Source: Syntrophales bacterium
GTDB lineage: Bacteria; Desulfobacterota; Syntrophia; Syntrophales; UBA2210
Direction: 5' to 3'
DNA: 64,000 nucleotides
Assembly (NCBI GenBank): GCA_963666365.2
Contig: CAXXNF010000002.1
Location: 1,216,001-1,280,000 of the forward strand
In this document: in pieces, positions 37,104 through 46,696 of the stretch
How the letters are laid out: every line of letters starts with the position of its first letter
Numbering within the stretch: the stretch's first letter is position 1
The notes under the pieces: generated by a model
Databases searched by the model: none
Seen by the model: only the letters and a program-made list of their open reading frames with translations
What the model was told of the DNA's origin: nothing
Translations under genes and position numbers: made by a program

Positions 37104-38129
37104 GTGAAGTGTTATCAGATGGATAGAGAAGAACAACGGGATGATTCAATCGCACAGGCACGGGAAGTATTGGAGATTGAAGCAGAAAGTATTCTGAATC
37201 TGATCCCCAGGATAGACAGTAATTTTTCAAAAGCCGTCGAAATTATTTCCTCATGCCGGGGAAGGGTGATTGTAAGCGGACTCGGGAAATCCGGTCTGAT
37301 CGGCAAGAAAATAGTGGCAACCCTCACCAGCACGGGAACACCGGCGCTGTTTCTCCATCCCGTCGAGGGGCTCCACGGAGATCTGGGAATCGTTACAACG
37401 GACGATGTGATTCTTGCCATTTCCAACAGCGGAGAAACACAGGAGTTAAACACCCTTACCTTAAGTCTTCGTAAAATAGGGGTCCCCCTCATAGCATTTA
37501 CGGGAAACCGGTCGTCGACGCTTGCACGGTCCAGCGATGCCTGCCTAGATGTAGGGGTGGTCAGAGAGGCCTGTCCTTTCGGCCTGGCGCCCACATCAAG
37601 TTCGACGGCAACATTGGCAATGGGCGATGCCCTTGCGGTCGCCCTTGTTAAAAAGAAGAAATTTACCGAGGAAGATTTTTATAAATTTCATCCCGGGGGA
37701 AATTTGGGACTCAGACTGCTCGCACAGGTCAGAGAGGCGATGATCACCGGGGGGGCTATACCAAAGGTAATTTCAGGAACACTCATCGCCGAGGCCGTAC
37801 AGGTAATGGATGAAAAGAACTTCGGCTTTGTCCTCATCACCGCCAGCGACAACCTGTTACTGGGCATTCTTACCGATGGAGACCTGCGACGATCGATCAG
37901 AAAAGGCATCGACCTGAATGGAAAAAGGGTGGACGATTTCATGACCACTTCGCCCCGCACCATCTCATCATCCTCCTCGCTTGCGGAGGCCGTGGAAACA
38001 ATGCAGCGGCACGAAATCACCACATTGGTCGTGATCGACGAAAAGGGCTATCTGGAAGGATATGTGCATCTTCATGATATTCTGGGACGCGGAGGCACCA
38101 TACGGATGTCGCTTCCACGGGAAGTATGA
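37104..38129 (+). CDS. kdsD: Arabinose-5-phosphate isomerase (KpsF/GutQ; SIS + 2 CBS)
   Basis: GLGKSG, HGDLG, SNSGET, APTSS and FHPGG motifs; start may be ATG 37119. Confidence 0.93.
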   Translation: MKCYQMDREEQRDDSIAQAREVLEIEAESILNLIPRIDSNFSKAVEIISSCRGRVIVSGLGKSGLIGKKIVATLTSTGTPALFLHPVEGLHGDLGIVTTDDVILAISNSGETQELNTLTLSLRKIGVPLIAFTGNRSSTLARSSDACLDVGVVREACPFGLAPTSSSTATLAMGDALAVALVKKKKFTEEDFYKFHPGGNLGLRLLAQVREAMITGGAIPKVISGTLIAEAVQVMDEKNFGFVLITASDNLLLGILTDGDLRRSIRKGIDLNGKRVDDFMTTSPRTISSSSSLAEAVETMQRHEITTLVVIDEKGYLEGYVHLHDILGRGGTIRMSLPREV

Positions 38130-38191
38130 AAACACCCACGCAGGCGCCGTCTCACCGGCGCCTGCGGTGTGAAGCGGGAAGGTTGCAGGGC

Positions 38192-38752
38192 ATGAACACA
38201 AATGAGTTGATAGTGCGGTGTCTCAAGTGCGGTCAGAAAAACAGAATACCGGAAAATCATCTCAATGATTCGCCCCGTTGCGGCAGGTGCGGCGCCTCTC
38301 TGGACGAGCTGTTCATACAATGCCTCACCTGCCACAAACTGAATCGAATTCCTGAAGACCGGCTGTACGATCTTCCCCTCTGTGGAAACTGCGGGTCACA
38401 GCTTTACGATGATTATGTACTCGATGTCTCATCGGAAAGTTTCGAAGAAGATGTGCTGAAACAAAGCGGTCTCGTGCTCCTTTGCTGCTATACGCCTGAC
38501 TGTGTTTTGTGCCGCAAGGCAATGCCGGTGCTGAAAAAACTGGCGCCCAGATATCTGGGCAATGTAAGGCTGGTTCGTTTGGACATCAGGAAACACGCCG
38601 AAATTGCGTCGCACTATGCGGTCGAAAGAACACCCACCTATCTGCTTTTCAGGGACGGGATCCATGTCGACACCATTGTGGGCGTCACCGCGATCGCAGA
38701 GATAGAAAAAAAACTTCGAAAGATAGCTGCAGGGGCACAGAACACATTATAA
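38192..38752 (+). CDS. Thioredoxin (TrxC-like) with two N-terminal zinc fingers
   Basis: Two CxxC..NRIP..CGxCG modules, then a Trx domain with CVLC and cis-Pro TPT. Confidence 0.85.
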   Translation: MNTNELIVRCLKCGQKNRIPENHLNDSPRCGRCGASLDELFIQCLTCHKLNRIPEDRLYDLPLCGNCGSQLYDDYVLDVSSESFEEDVLKQSGLVLLCCYTPDCVLCRKAMPVLKKLAPRYLGNVRLVRLDIRKHAEIASHYAVERTPTYLLFRDGIHVDTIVGVTAIAEIEKKLRKIAAGAQNTL

Positions 38753-38776
38753 GAAAAGGGCAACAGGATTATCCAA

Positions 38777-39631
38777 ATGAGTTATCCCCTTCTCGATGAT
38801 AAAGCACGCGTCCTTGACAGGATACGTACCACGATGGGACAGGCATCGGTGAATTACCGGCACTGCCTCGACACTATCAAGGATCAAAATCTCAAGGGAA
38901 CGCGATGGCGTGCGGCGGCGGTGCTCCTTCCGCTGTATTTCAAGCCTGCCGGTGAAGGCAGAAACAGAAACGATGAATTTGTGCTGCAATTGATCAAACG
39001 ATCTACCGCCGTCACACAGGGAGGGGACATAAGCGCCCCCGGCGGCATGCTGAGCCCCCGTATTGACGGCTTTCTGAAATCTCTCCTTCTCCTGGGATTT
39101 CCTCCCGCACTCAGGGGAAAGGCTCGACGGCATGTGAAGAAAAAAGGGGCCCGTGAATTTTCGACCGTTGCACTTTTTTTTGCCAACGCCCTGCGGGAAT
39201 CATGGGAAGAAATTCATTTAAATCCCTTCAATGTCGACTTTCTCGGCGCGCTTCCCACTCAGAACCTGATCCTTTTTACGCGCACAATTTTCCCTCTCGT
39301 CGGCGAGGTGAAGCGGCCATGGAAATTTCGCCCCAATGCGGAAGTCGACAAGGTTATCGAAATTCCCCTTCATGCGTTTTTCAATGCCGACAACTACGGC
39401 ATCTATTGCATACACAGCAACACAGGAGGAGAAGAATCTTATTTCGAATCGCCCTGCTTTATCTGTCGGGATGAGGACGATGTTGAGGAAATACTGTGGG
39501 GCGCCACTCTTCGTATTATCACTCAGTTTCTCGAATATACATTCGGCTTTCGAGCGCCGGCAAAACCACCATCGCGCATGGTGAAAAAAACCCTTCATCC
39601 TGAATATATGACCGGAAATGGCGACCGATAG
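38777..39631 (+). CDS. Nudix hydrolase, CoA pyrophosphatase-like
   Basis: AAVLLPL, KRS...QGGDISAPGG, ALRESWEE, PNAEV and LWGAT motifs. Confidence 0.85.
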   Translation: MSYPLLDDKARVLDRIRTTMGQASVNYRHCLDTIKDQNLKGTRWRAAAVLLPLYFKPAGEGRNRNDEFVLQLIKRSTAVTQGGDISAPGGMLSPRIDGFLKSLLLLGFPPALRGKARRHVKKKGAREFSTVALFFANALRESWEEIHLNPFNVDFLGALPTQNLILFTRTIFPLVGEVKRPWKFRPNAEVDKVIEIPLHAFFNADNYGIYCIHSNTGGEESYFESPCFICRDEDDVEEILWGATLRIITQFLEYTFGFRAPAKPPSRMVKKTLHPEYMTGNGDR

Positions 39632-39686
39632 ATAACAGGGACGTTGCCTGATCCATGTGCGCGACATCCCGCGCGCAGGGAGACCT

Positions 39687-39832
39687 GAGACCTGTGCACA
39701 ATCTCATAAAATCATCAATTTCGTCATACCGGAAGATCCCGAATCAAGTCCGGGAGGTATCCAGTTTTTTCACGCACGTTCTGGATTCCGGGTCACGCCC
39801 GGAATGACAATAAAGGAAATTATGCAGGTCTC
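39687..39832 (+). mobile_element. MITE copy 5
   Basis: GAGACCTGTGCA...TGCAGGTCTC; target duplication GACCT/GACCT. Confidence 0.9.
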
Positions 39833-39887
39833 GACCTGTTCGGTGAAAAGAGCCCATAACCCGTCTGTGCTCTCTATTGCCTGATGG

Positions 39888-40172
39888 TTACTCTACTATG
39901 ATCACATCTTTATTCAACTGCAGCACCTTCGATCCCACTCCGGGCACTTTTGTGATGTCCTCCGGAGTCTTAAAGGGGCCGTTTTCTTCTCTGTACTGCA
40001 CAATGCGCTGTGCCAGCTTGGCACCCACGTGCTTAAGCGCGACGAGCTCTTCCGCTGAAGCCATATTAATATTTATTTTCGCTGCATCTGCAGCCTGTAC
40101 GAAGGGAACGCACGTTGCCGCAAAAACCAGAACAGCCAGAATTGTCACTGCCTTTTTGATCGCTTGTTTCAT
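39888..40172 (-). CDS. comEA: ComEA-like helix-hairpin-helix DNA-binding protein
   Basis: Signal peptide, then KININMAS...VGAKLAQRIVQYREENGPFK...VPGVG; AGGAGAGG RBS. Confidence 0.92.
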   Translation of the reverse strand: MKQAIKKAVTILAVLVFAATCVPFVQAADAAKININMASAEELVALKHVGAKLAQRIVQYREENGPFKTPEDITKVPGVGSKVLQLNKDVIIVE

Positions 40173-40656
40173 TTGCCTCTCCTTTTTCACAACAGTATTT
40201 GATGGGTTATGGGCGCTCACTGCACAAAGACGGCAAAGGATGAGACAAATGCAGGAGTGCGGTCTACTCCGCATCCCTTCATTGCGGGCTGCTGCGTTTC
40301 ATACCCCCTTAAAGGGAGGCAAAAGGGCAACGTGGCAGAATAGGGTGTTCTGATTCGGGGAAGGTTTCGGAAGCGGAGAAGTGATACTGGCTACAAATGA
40401 TGGTGCCGTGATGATGCCGATTATATCGGTACAGGGTTGCGTCGCCGGCAGCAGGCCTTCTCGTCTGGCCGCCTTGCGCGACGATATTCTCTAATATACC
40501 GGTTCAAAATGCAACCCTATTTTATCGGAGGGCCAAGATACTTGACATCTTCATCTTTCTACATTACTAAGCCCTGTAAGGTGGCAAGGCGTACCGGTCA
40601 TAAAATGACTGTATGTAATTCTCCCATGGAACAGCAGAACAGAAAGGATCTCATCA

Positions 40657-41796
40657 ATGATCGACTTTACTCTGACGGAAGAACAAAGAGCGCTGCAGGA
40701 ACTGGCCCGCAATTTTGCAAAAAAGGAAATCATTCCCGTGGCGCTCAAATACGACAAGGAACCCTTCGTTCCCGATGAAATTGTAAAAAGGGCACACGCC
40801 GCAGGGCTGATGAACATGACCACGCCGAGGGAATATGGCGGACACGGCATGGGCCAGCTGGAAGCATCGCTCATGAATGAGGAAATTCTTGCCGGTTGCG
40901 CGGGCATAGGCGGCATGATAGGCATAAATTCTCTGGCCTGTGGGCCTATTCTGGTAGGCGGATCGGACGAGCAGAAGCGTCGCTTTCTTGTCCCTCTCTG
41001 CGATGCCGGGGAAACGGCCTCTTTCGGCTTGACCGAGCGAGAAGCCGGCTCTGATGCGGCCGGGGTAAGAACCAAAGCGGTTCGCCAGGGAGACAGTTAC
41101 CTGTTAAACGGACAGAAATGCTTTATCACTAACGCAAGCTACGCATCGCTCTACACCATATTCGCCACCGTAGATTCCTCGAAGGGAACAAAGGGAATCA
41201 CCGCCTTTGTAGTTTCCCGTAAATCCCCCGGCCTTTCCATCGGCAAAGTAGAAGATAAGATGGGCATGCGGGCACTCAATGTGGCGGAAGTTAATCTTGA
41301 TGACGTGGTCGTTCCTGTCGAAAATGTGCTTGGCGGAGAGGGGGACGGCTTCAAAATCGCCATGAAGACCCTTGATGAAGGCCGCGTCAACATCGCAACA
41401 ACGGGACTGGGCATTGCCCGGGCCGCTTTTGAAGCCGCACTGGCCTATGCAAAAGAGCGTAAACAATTCGGCAGACCAGTCGGAACCTTTCAGGCACTCA
41501 ATTTTATGCTGGCCGACATGGCTGCCGCTGTCGAGGCGTCACGGCTTCTCACATGGTACGCCGCATCGAAGGCCGACCATGAACTCCCCTTTTCAAGAGA
41601 GGCGGCGCAGGCAAAATTCTTTGCCTGTGATACCGCCATGCGCGTGACCACCGATGCGGTTCAGATTCATGGAGGCTACGGATACACAAAAGAATTCATG
41701 GTTGAAAAACTCATGCGCGATGCCAAACTTACTCAGATTTATGAAGGAACCAACCAGGTAAACCGCATAGTGGCGGGCGGCGCCCTCATGCGCTGA
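40657..41796 (+). CDS. Acyl-CoA (butyryl-CoA-like) dehydrogenase
   Basis: LTEREAGSD, NGQKCFITN, QIHGGYGY and QIYEGTNQ motifs. Confidence 0.95.
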   Translation: MIDFTLTEEQRALQELARNFAKKEIIPVALKYDKEPFVPDEIVKRAHAAGLMNMTTPREYGGHGMGQLEASLMNEEILAGCAGIGGMIGINSLACGPILVGGSDEQKRRFLVPLCDAGETASFGLTEREAGSDAAGVRTKAVRQGDSYLLNGQKCFITNASYASLYTIFATVDSSKGTKGITAFVVSRKSPGLSIGKVEDKMGMRALNVAEVNLDDVVVPVENVLGGEGDGFKIAMKTLDEGRVNIATTGLGIARAAFEAALAYAKERKQFGRPVGTFQALNFMLADMAAAVEASRLLTWYAASKADHELPFSREAAQAKFFACDTAMRVTTDAVQIHGGYGYTKEFMVEKLMRDAKLTQIYEGTNQVNRIVAGGALMR

Positions 41797-41895
41797 TTCA
41801 CTTCTGACTACCCCGTTCTCAGTAAGTGATGCGCAGCTCAATGCGGTTTCCGATGCAGGGGCATGAGGAGCTTCTCAGTAACAGGTTCATGTTTT

Positions 41896-41969
41896 CCCGC
41901 AGAGACGCCAAGAGGCAGAGAAAAGAATTTTATCTCTTCTTGTCCTCAGCGCCTCTGCGCCTCTGCGCG
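41896..41969. repeat. REP-like inverted pair CGCAGAGACGC...GCCTCTGCG
   Basis: Arms with an internal 8-mer repeat, able to fold into a long hairpin. Confidence 0.65.
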
Positions 41970-42197
41970 AGATTCTGTCTTTCCGTTACGCTGTTCGAGC
42001 GCAACGTGCGAGTTTACCGGGACAGCTTTACGAGACGCTGCGTGATCGAAACACCGGTCCGAGCCGGCCACGCCTCCATGCCCCAGAACGCCAGCAACTG
42101 AAGAAATAGTTCTTGACTGTTCCTTTTTCATGACGATATAGTAATTCTGCATTTGATGTGATGATATAGAGGGAGATGACGGCGGCCGTTCCTGACA

Positions 42198-42342
42198 AAG
42201 ACCTTTGCAGAATCTCATAAAATCGTCAGTTTCGTCATACCAGTAGATCCCGGATCAAGTCCGGGGGCATCCAGTTTTTTCACGCACTTTCTGGATTCCG
42301 GGTCAAGCCCGGAATGACAGAAAAAGGAACTGTGCAAAGGTC
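42198..42342 (+). mobile_element. MITE copy 6
   Basis: Same body with eroded ends; flanked by TGACA/TGACA. Confidence 0.88.
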
Positions 42343-42736
42343 TGACACCGCAGCTGTCATCATGTTATCCATCGTCTGTGGAAGCAATAAAGGATATACA
42401 TACAAAAGCGTACAGGGGAACGACATGCGCCTGCGCATTTCCTGGCGGCAGGAAAGATATGCGAAGCCTGAAAGAAACGGTGCATGTAGTACATTGCATG
42501 TTACGCTGATCCACCGCTGCTGAATGAACTACATCCTCCTTTTCACGCGCCACCGATACTCTGCAGGCTCTTTCGAATATCGCCGCGATTGTTCAGGTGC
42601 TTCTGTGTCAAAACTACAAATGAAGCGCCTTTTGTGCCGGTTAAGAGAGAAGCGAACGATAGACACGCTTCCTTTCATTAACGAGCAGATATCTCGACGA
42701 GCGGGATAGGCTCAAATTTCAAAAAAAGGGGGAACC

Positions 42737-43984
42737 ATGAAAGTGAAAAGGACTGTTCGAAACGTCGGCGTTCTTGTCGGTATCATGTGCCTGTTAACCT
42801 GCCTGGCGGCAACGCCTGCCCTTTGCGGGGAAAAAGATCCGATATTGCTGGGGCATATTCACAGCATGAGCGGCGCCATGTCCATGTACGGCATCAGCTC
42901 CGCCACGGGCGGTGAAATCGCCATTGATGAAATCAATGCCGCCGGGGGCATATTGGGACGGCCGGTAAAGCAGATTAACCGTGACGACAAGCTCAATCCC
43001 GAAACGGGGCTGCGAGAGGCGAAGGATTTAATATTAAGCCAGAAGGTCGACTTTCTATCCGGCACCATAAGCAGCGCCGTCGCCCTTGCAATTTCAAACT
43101 ATTGCATGCGGGCAAAAAAAATATTCCTTATCAACATAGCTCAATCATCCTCCCTTACCGAGGAAAAATGGCATCGCTATGTATTTCGCATTGATACCAA
43201 CGCCGTTCCCTATTGGGGATACGCCCCGGCATTGGCGCTGGCCCGAAGCTGGAAAGACAAAAAAATCGTCAGCCTTGGTTTCGATTACGAAACAGGACAT
43301 AACACCCTGAAGGCCTTCAAGGAAAAATATCTGGAGCTCGTTCCTGATGCCAAGATCATAGATGAACTCTGGGCGCCCCTCGGCACCACGGATTTTACCG
43401 CCTATATCACAAAAATAGCCAATTCGGGCGCCGACGCCTTTTTCCTTGCCTGTATCTACGGGGGCGGTGAACTTGCCTTCACGAAGCAGGCCTATGCCTT
43501 CGGTCTTTACGACAAGATGCATGCACTTCAATCATGCGCCGGCGACGTTGAAACATGGAGCGGCGTCAAGAAGGGCGAACCCTATCCCAAGGGGGCTCTG
43601 GCAACCTGCCGTTATCCCTTCTGGGCGATCGACAATCCCAAAAGTAAGGCCTTTGTAAAAGAACATTACAAGAGGGTGGGCTACTGGCCGTCCTACGGCG
43701 CAATGAATCAGTATTTCATTGTATATGCCCTCAAGGCGGCGATCGAAAAGGTCGGCGCCGTTGACACGGAAAAAATCGTTGACGCCCTCGAAGGGATGAC
43801 ACTGGATACATTTGTAGGCAAAATACCGATCCGGGCCTTTGATCATCAGGCGATGATGCCCAACTGGTACGGCATTATCGATTTCACCGACGATCTGACC
43901 TTCCCCCACATTACCGATACAAAAATGATCGGGGAGGAAGGTTACCATACCATCGATCAGATAAAAAAAATAAGGGGAAAGTAA
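42737..43984 (+). CDS. ABC transporter substrate-binding protein (LivK/HAAT family)
   Basis: Signal peptide; EINAAGGILGR, RDDKLNP and PLGTTDF motifs. Confidence 0.92.
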   Translation: MKVKRTVRNVGVLVGIMCLLTCLAATPALCGEKDPILLGHIHSMSGAMSMYGISSATGGEIAIDEINAAGGILGRPVKQINRDDKLNPETGLREAKDLILSQKVDFLSGTISSAVALAISNYCMRAKKIFLINIAQSSSLTEEKWHRYVFRIDTNAVPYWGYAPALALARSWKDKKIVSLGFDYETGHNTLKAFKEKYLELVPDAKIIDELWAPLGTTDFTAYITKIANSGADAFFLACIYGGGELAFTKQAYAFGLYDKMHALQSCAGDVETWSGVKKGEPYPKGALATCRYPFWAIDNPKSKAFVKEHYKRVGYWPSYGAMNQYFIVYALKAAIEKVGAVDTEKIVDALEGMTLDTFVGKIPIRAFDHQAMMPNWYGIIDFTDDLTFPHITDTKMIGEEGYHTIDQIKKIRGK

Positions 43985-44005
43985 GTATCTTTTTCGTTTA
44001 CTTCG

Positions 44006-44052
44006 GAATGCCGGGCGATGTGGCCTTTACCACCCAGTTTCGCCCGGCATTC
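44006..44052 (+). other. Intercistronic stem-loop after the binding-protein gene
   Basis: 13-bp stem GAATGCCGGGCGA / TCGCCCGGCATTC. Confidence 0.7.
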
Positions 44053-44071
44053 GGCAGAAAGGAGCATCCCG

Positions 44072-44956
44072 GTGACTGTTGAAGCGATGGCGGGACAGGC
44101 ATTGAGCGGTCTGAGCGTGGGAATGGTTCTCTTCCTCATCGCCGCGGGCTTATCCATTATTTTCGGCACACTCAAGGTATTGAATCTCGCGCACGGCACG
44201 ATTTATATGGTGGGGGGATTCCTCTGTTACTGGTTGACATCCACCCTGTCCGGCGTGATGGGAAACGGCGCATTCTGGCTCGCCCTGCTTGTGGCACCTG
44301 TCTTGACGGCCTTGATAGGCGGCATTATCGAGGTGGCGCTTCTTCGGCGCATCTATGCCGAGGAAATGCTCTACCAGTACATCCTCACCTTCGGCCTTAT
44401 TCTCATTTTCGGGGAACTGTGCAAGCTTATATGGGGTGTCGGCTATCATACCGTATCGGTCCCCTGGCCCTTAGACGGCAAGGTTTTCATCTTCGGCATG
44501 TCGTTCCCCCTGTACAACTTTTTCCTCATAGGCTGCGGCATCGTCGTCTTTGTCGGGCTGAGCGTTCTCATACGTTACACCGGACTGGGAAGCATTATAC
44601 GCGCCGTCACCTTCAATCGTGAAATGGCCAATGCCCTGGGCATCAATGTCCCGAAGGTGTATACGGGGGTCTTTATGCTCGGCTGCTGGCTTGCCGGTCT
44701 TGCAGGCACACTCATGCCCCCCATGTCCGTGGTCGCTCTCGGCACGGATATGGCCGTCATCATCGACTGTTTCATCATTGTCGTCATCGGTGGCCTGGGA
44801 AGTCTTTCCGGGGCCTTCATAGGCGCGATAATTCTGGGTCTGCTGAACGCCTTCGGCATTTACATCATACCGCGCCTGGCCGTCGCATTCGGATTTATAC
44901 TGATGATCATCATCCTTACATTTCGCCCCTGGGGTCTCATGGGCAAGCCGGAGTAG
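44072..44956 (+). CDS. livH: HAAT ABC permease LivH-like
   Basis: AAGLSIIFG..VLNLAHG and RPWGLMG motifs; AAGGAG RBS before GTG 44072. Confidence 0.9.
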   Translation: MTVEAMAGQALSGLSVGMVLFLIAAGLSIIFGTLKVLNLAHGTIYMVGGFLCYWLTSTLSGVMGNGAFWLALLVAPVLTALIGGIIEVALLRRIYAEEMLYQYILTFGLILIFGELCKLIWGVGYHTVSVPWPLDGKVFIFGMSFPLYNFFLIGCGIVVFVGLSVLIRYTGLGSIIRAVTFNREMANALGINVPKVYTGVFMLGCWLAGLAGTLMPPMSVVALGTDMAVIIDCFIIVVIGGLGSLSGAFIGAIILGLLNAFGIYIIPRLAVAFGFILMIIILTFRPWGLMGKPE

Positions 44957-44972
44957 GTAAAGGATATCGTCT

Positions 44973-45947
44973 ATGATGCACTTTTTCCAAAAATTATTTT
45001 CACGACCGCTGTGGTGGATTGTGGCATGCGTGATTCTCCTCTCTATGCTGCCCTTCATGCTGAGCGACAGCTGGACAAGCATTGCCACGGAAATTATTAT
45101 CATGTCGCTTGCGGCCTGCGCCCTCAACCTTATGCTGGGGTATGCCGGCATGGTCTCCTTCGGCCCGGCGGGGCTTTACGCCGTCGGCGCGTACGGAACG
45201 GCACTGGTCATGACAAAAACTTCGGCGCCCTTTATCATATCCCTCATTGCCGGACCGGTGCTCGCCGGGGCAGTCGGATGCATAGTGGGCTGGTTTTGCG
45301 TGCGCCGATCGGCTGTGTATTTTGCACTACTGACACTCGCCTTTGCCCAGATCATCTGGACGATTATTTTTGAATGGTATGGCTTTACCGGAGGCGACAA
45401 CGGCATTGTAGGACTCCCCACGCCGGACATTCTTTTCCCCATAAGAAATTCCTATTACTTCAGCCTTCTCATCGTCCTTATCGCACTGTTCGTCCTGTGG
45501 AGAATTATCAATTCCCCCTTCGGGAAAACCCTGCAGGCCATACGGGAAAATCCGAATCGGGTCGAGTTCATAGGCGCCAATGTAAAACGGTATCAACTCG
45601 CCGCCTTCGTTATCTCGAGCGTCTTTCTCGGCATTGCGGGATCACTGTACGGCGTGTTCAGCGGCAGTGTATTCCCCGACTACGCATACTGGATAAAATC
45701 CACGGATATGCTGATCGTCTGCCTTCTCGGCGGGATCTACACCTTCGTCGGACCGATTGTAGGATCGGTCATTTATATTCTTTTAAGTAAAATCATTGCC
45801 GTCCATACCATGTACTGGATGCTCTTTTTAGGAATGATCGTGGTGTTTCTGGTGCTCTTCATGAGAAACGGCATCGCGGGCTTCGTCTCAGAAAAGCTCT
45901 ACTTATCACCACAGAGCGACAAGGATGCAAGAGAGGTGGCGGAATGA
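44973..45947 (+). CDS. livM: HAAT ABC permease LivM-like
   Basis: GYAGMVSFG, YFALLTLAFAQ, TGGDNG and SPFG...AIREN motifs. Confidence 0.9.
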   Translation: MMHFFQKLFSRPLWWIVACVILLSMLPFMLSDSWTSIATEIIIMSLAACALNLMLGYAGMVSFGPAGLYAVGAYGTALVMTKTSAPFIISLIAGPVLAGAVGCIVGWFCVRRSAVYFALLTLAFAQIIWTIIFEWYGFTGGDNGIVGLPTPDILFPIRNSYYFSLLIVLIALFVLWRIINSPFGKTLQAIRENPNRVEFIGANVKRYQLAAFVISSVFLGIAGSLYGVFSGSVFPDYAYWIKSTDMLIVCLLGGIYTFVGPIVGSVIYILLSKIIAVHTMYWMLFLGMIVVFLVLFMRNGIAGFVSEKLYLSPQSDKDAREVAE

Positions 45948-46696
45948 TACTGAATGTAGAAGGAATATCGAAATCATTCGGGGGACTTTTGGCAACCGAC
46001 GGGGTGAGTTTTCATGTGGAGGAAGAGGAGCTTCTCGCCATTATCGGACCCAACGGCGCAGGGAAAACCACGCTCTTCAATCTTCTTACCGGCCATATCC
46101 ATCCTGACCATGGAAGAATATTTTTCAAGGGCCGCGATATCACCTACCTGCCCCCCTATGAAATCTCTCGTTCCGGCATGGGGCGCTCCTTTCAGCGGCT
46201 CAATATCTTTCCCCGGCTTACTACCTTTGAAAATGTTCAAATTGCCCTCTTTTCCACCTATCGTATCAACCATCAGCTCTTTTCATCGGCCAAAAAGCTG
46301 GTGCGAAGTGAAACGGAGGAAATCCTTGAGGATGTGGGATTGTACTCAAAAAGAACCACCAAGGGAGGGCTGCTCGCCCACGGCGATCAAAAGCGGCTGG
46401 AAATCGGCATCGCTCTTGCGACAAAACCGGATCTTCTCCTCCTGGACGAGCCGACAGCGGCAATGAGCCCCAGAGAAACCGAAGAAACGGCCGATCTTAT
46501 CAAGGAACTGGTGAGCGAGCGCAAGATCGCCCTCATATTTGTCGAGCACGACATGAATGTGGTGTTCGGACTTTCCAACAAGATAAAAGTCCTGCACCAG
46601 GGAAGAATCATCTGCGAAGGAACGCCCGATGAAGTGAAGGCCGATGCAGAAGTACAAAGAATCTATCTGGGAGAGGAAGAAACTCATGTTGCTTGA
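45944..46696 (+). CDS. livG: HAAT ABC ATPase LivG-like
   Basis: GPNGAGKTT, LLLDEP and EHDM motifs. Confidence 0.92.
   Translation: MILNVEGISKSFGGLLATDGVSFHVEEEELLAIIGPNGAGKTTLFNLLTGHIHPDHGRIFFKGRDITYLPPYEISRSGMGRSFQRLNIFPRLTTFENVQIALFSTYRINHQLFSSAKKLVRSETEEILEDVGLYSKRTTKGGLLAHGDQKRLEIGIALATKPDLLLLDEPTAAMSPRETEETADLIKELVSERKIALIFVEHDMNVVFGLSNKIKVLHQGRIICEGTPDEVKADAEVQRIYLGEEETHVA

Noticed and set aside
40231..40294. c-di-GMP-I riboswitch-like CGGCAAA...GGTCTA...GGCTGCTG
   Set aside because: No GNRA-capped P2 stem or ACGCAAA junction, and it is antisense to the nearest gene (comEA).
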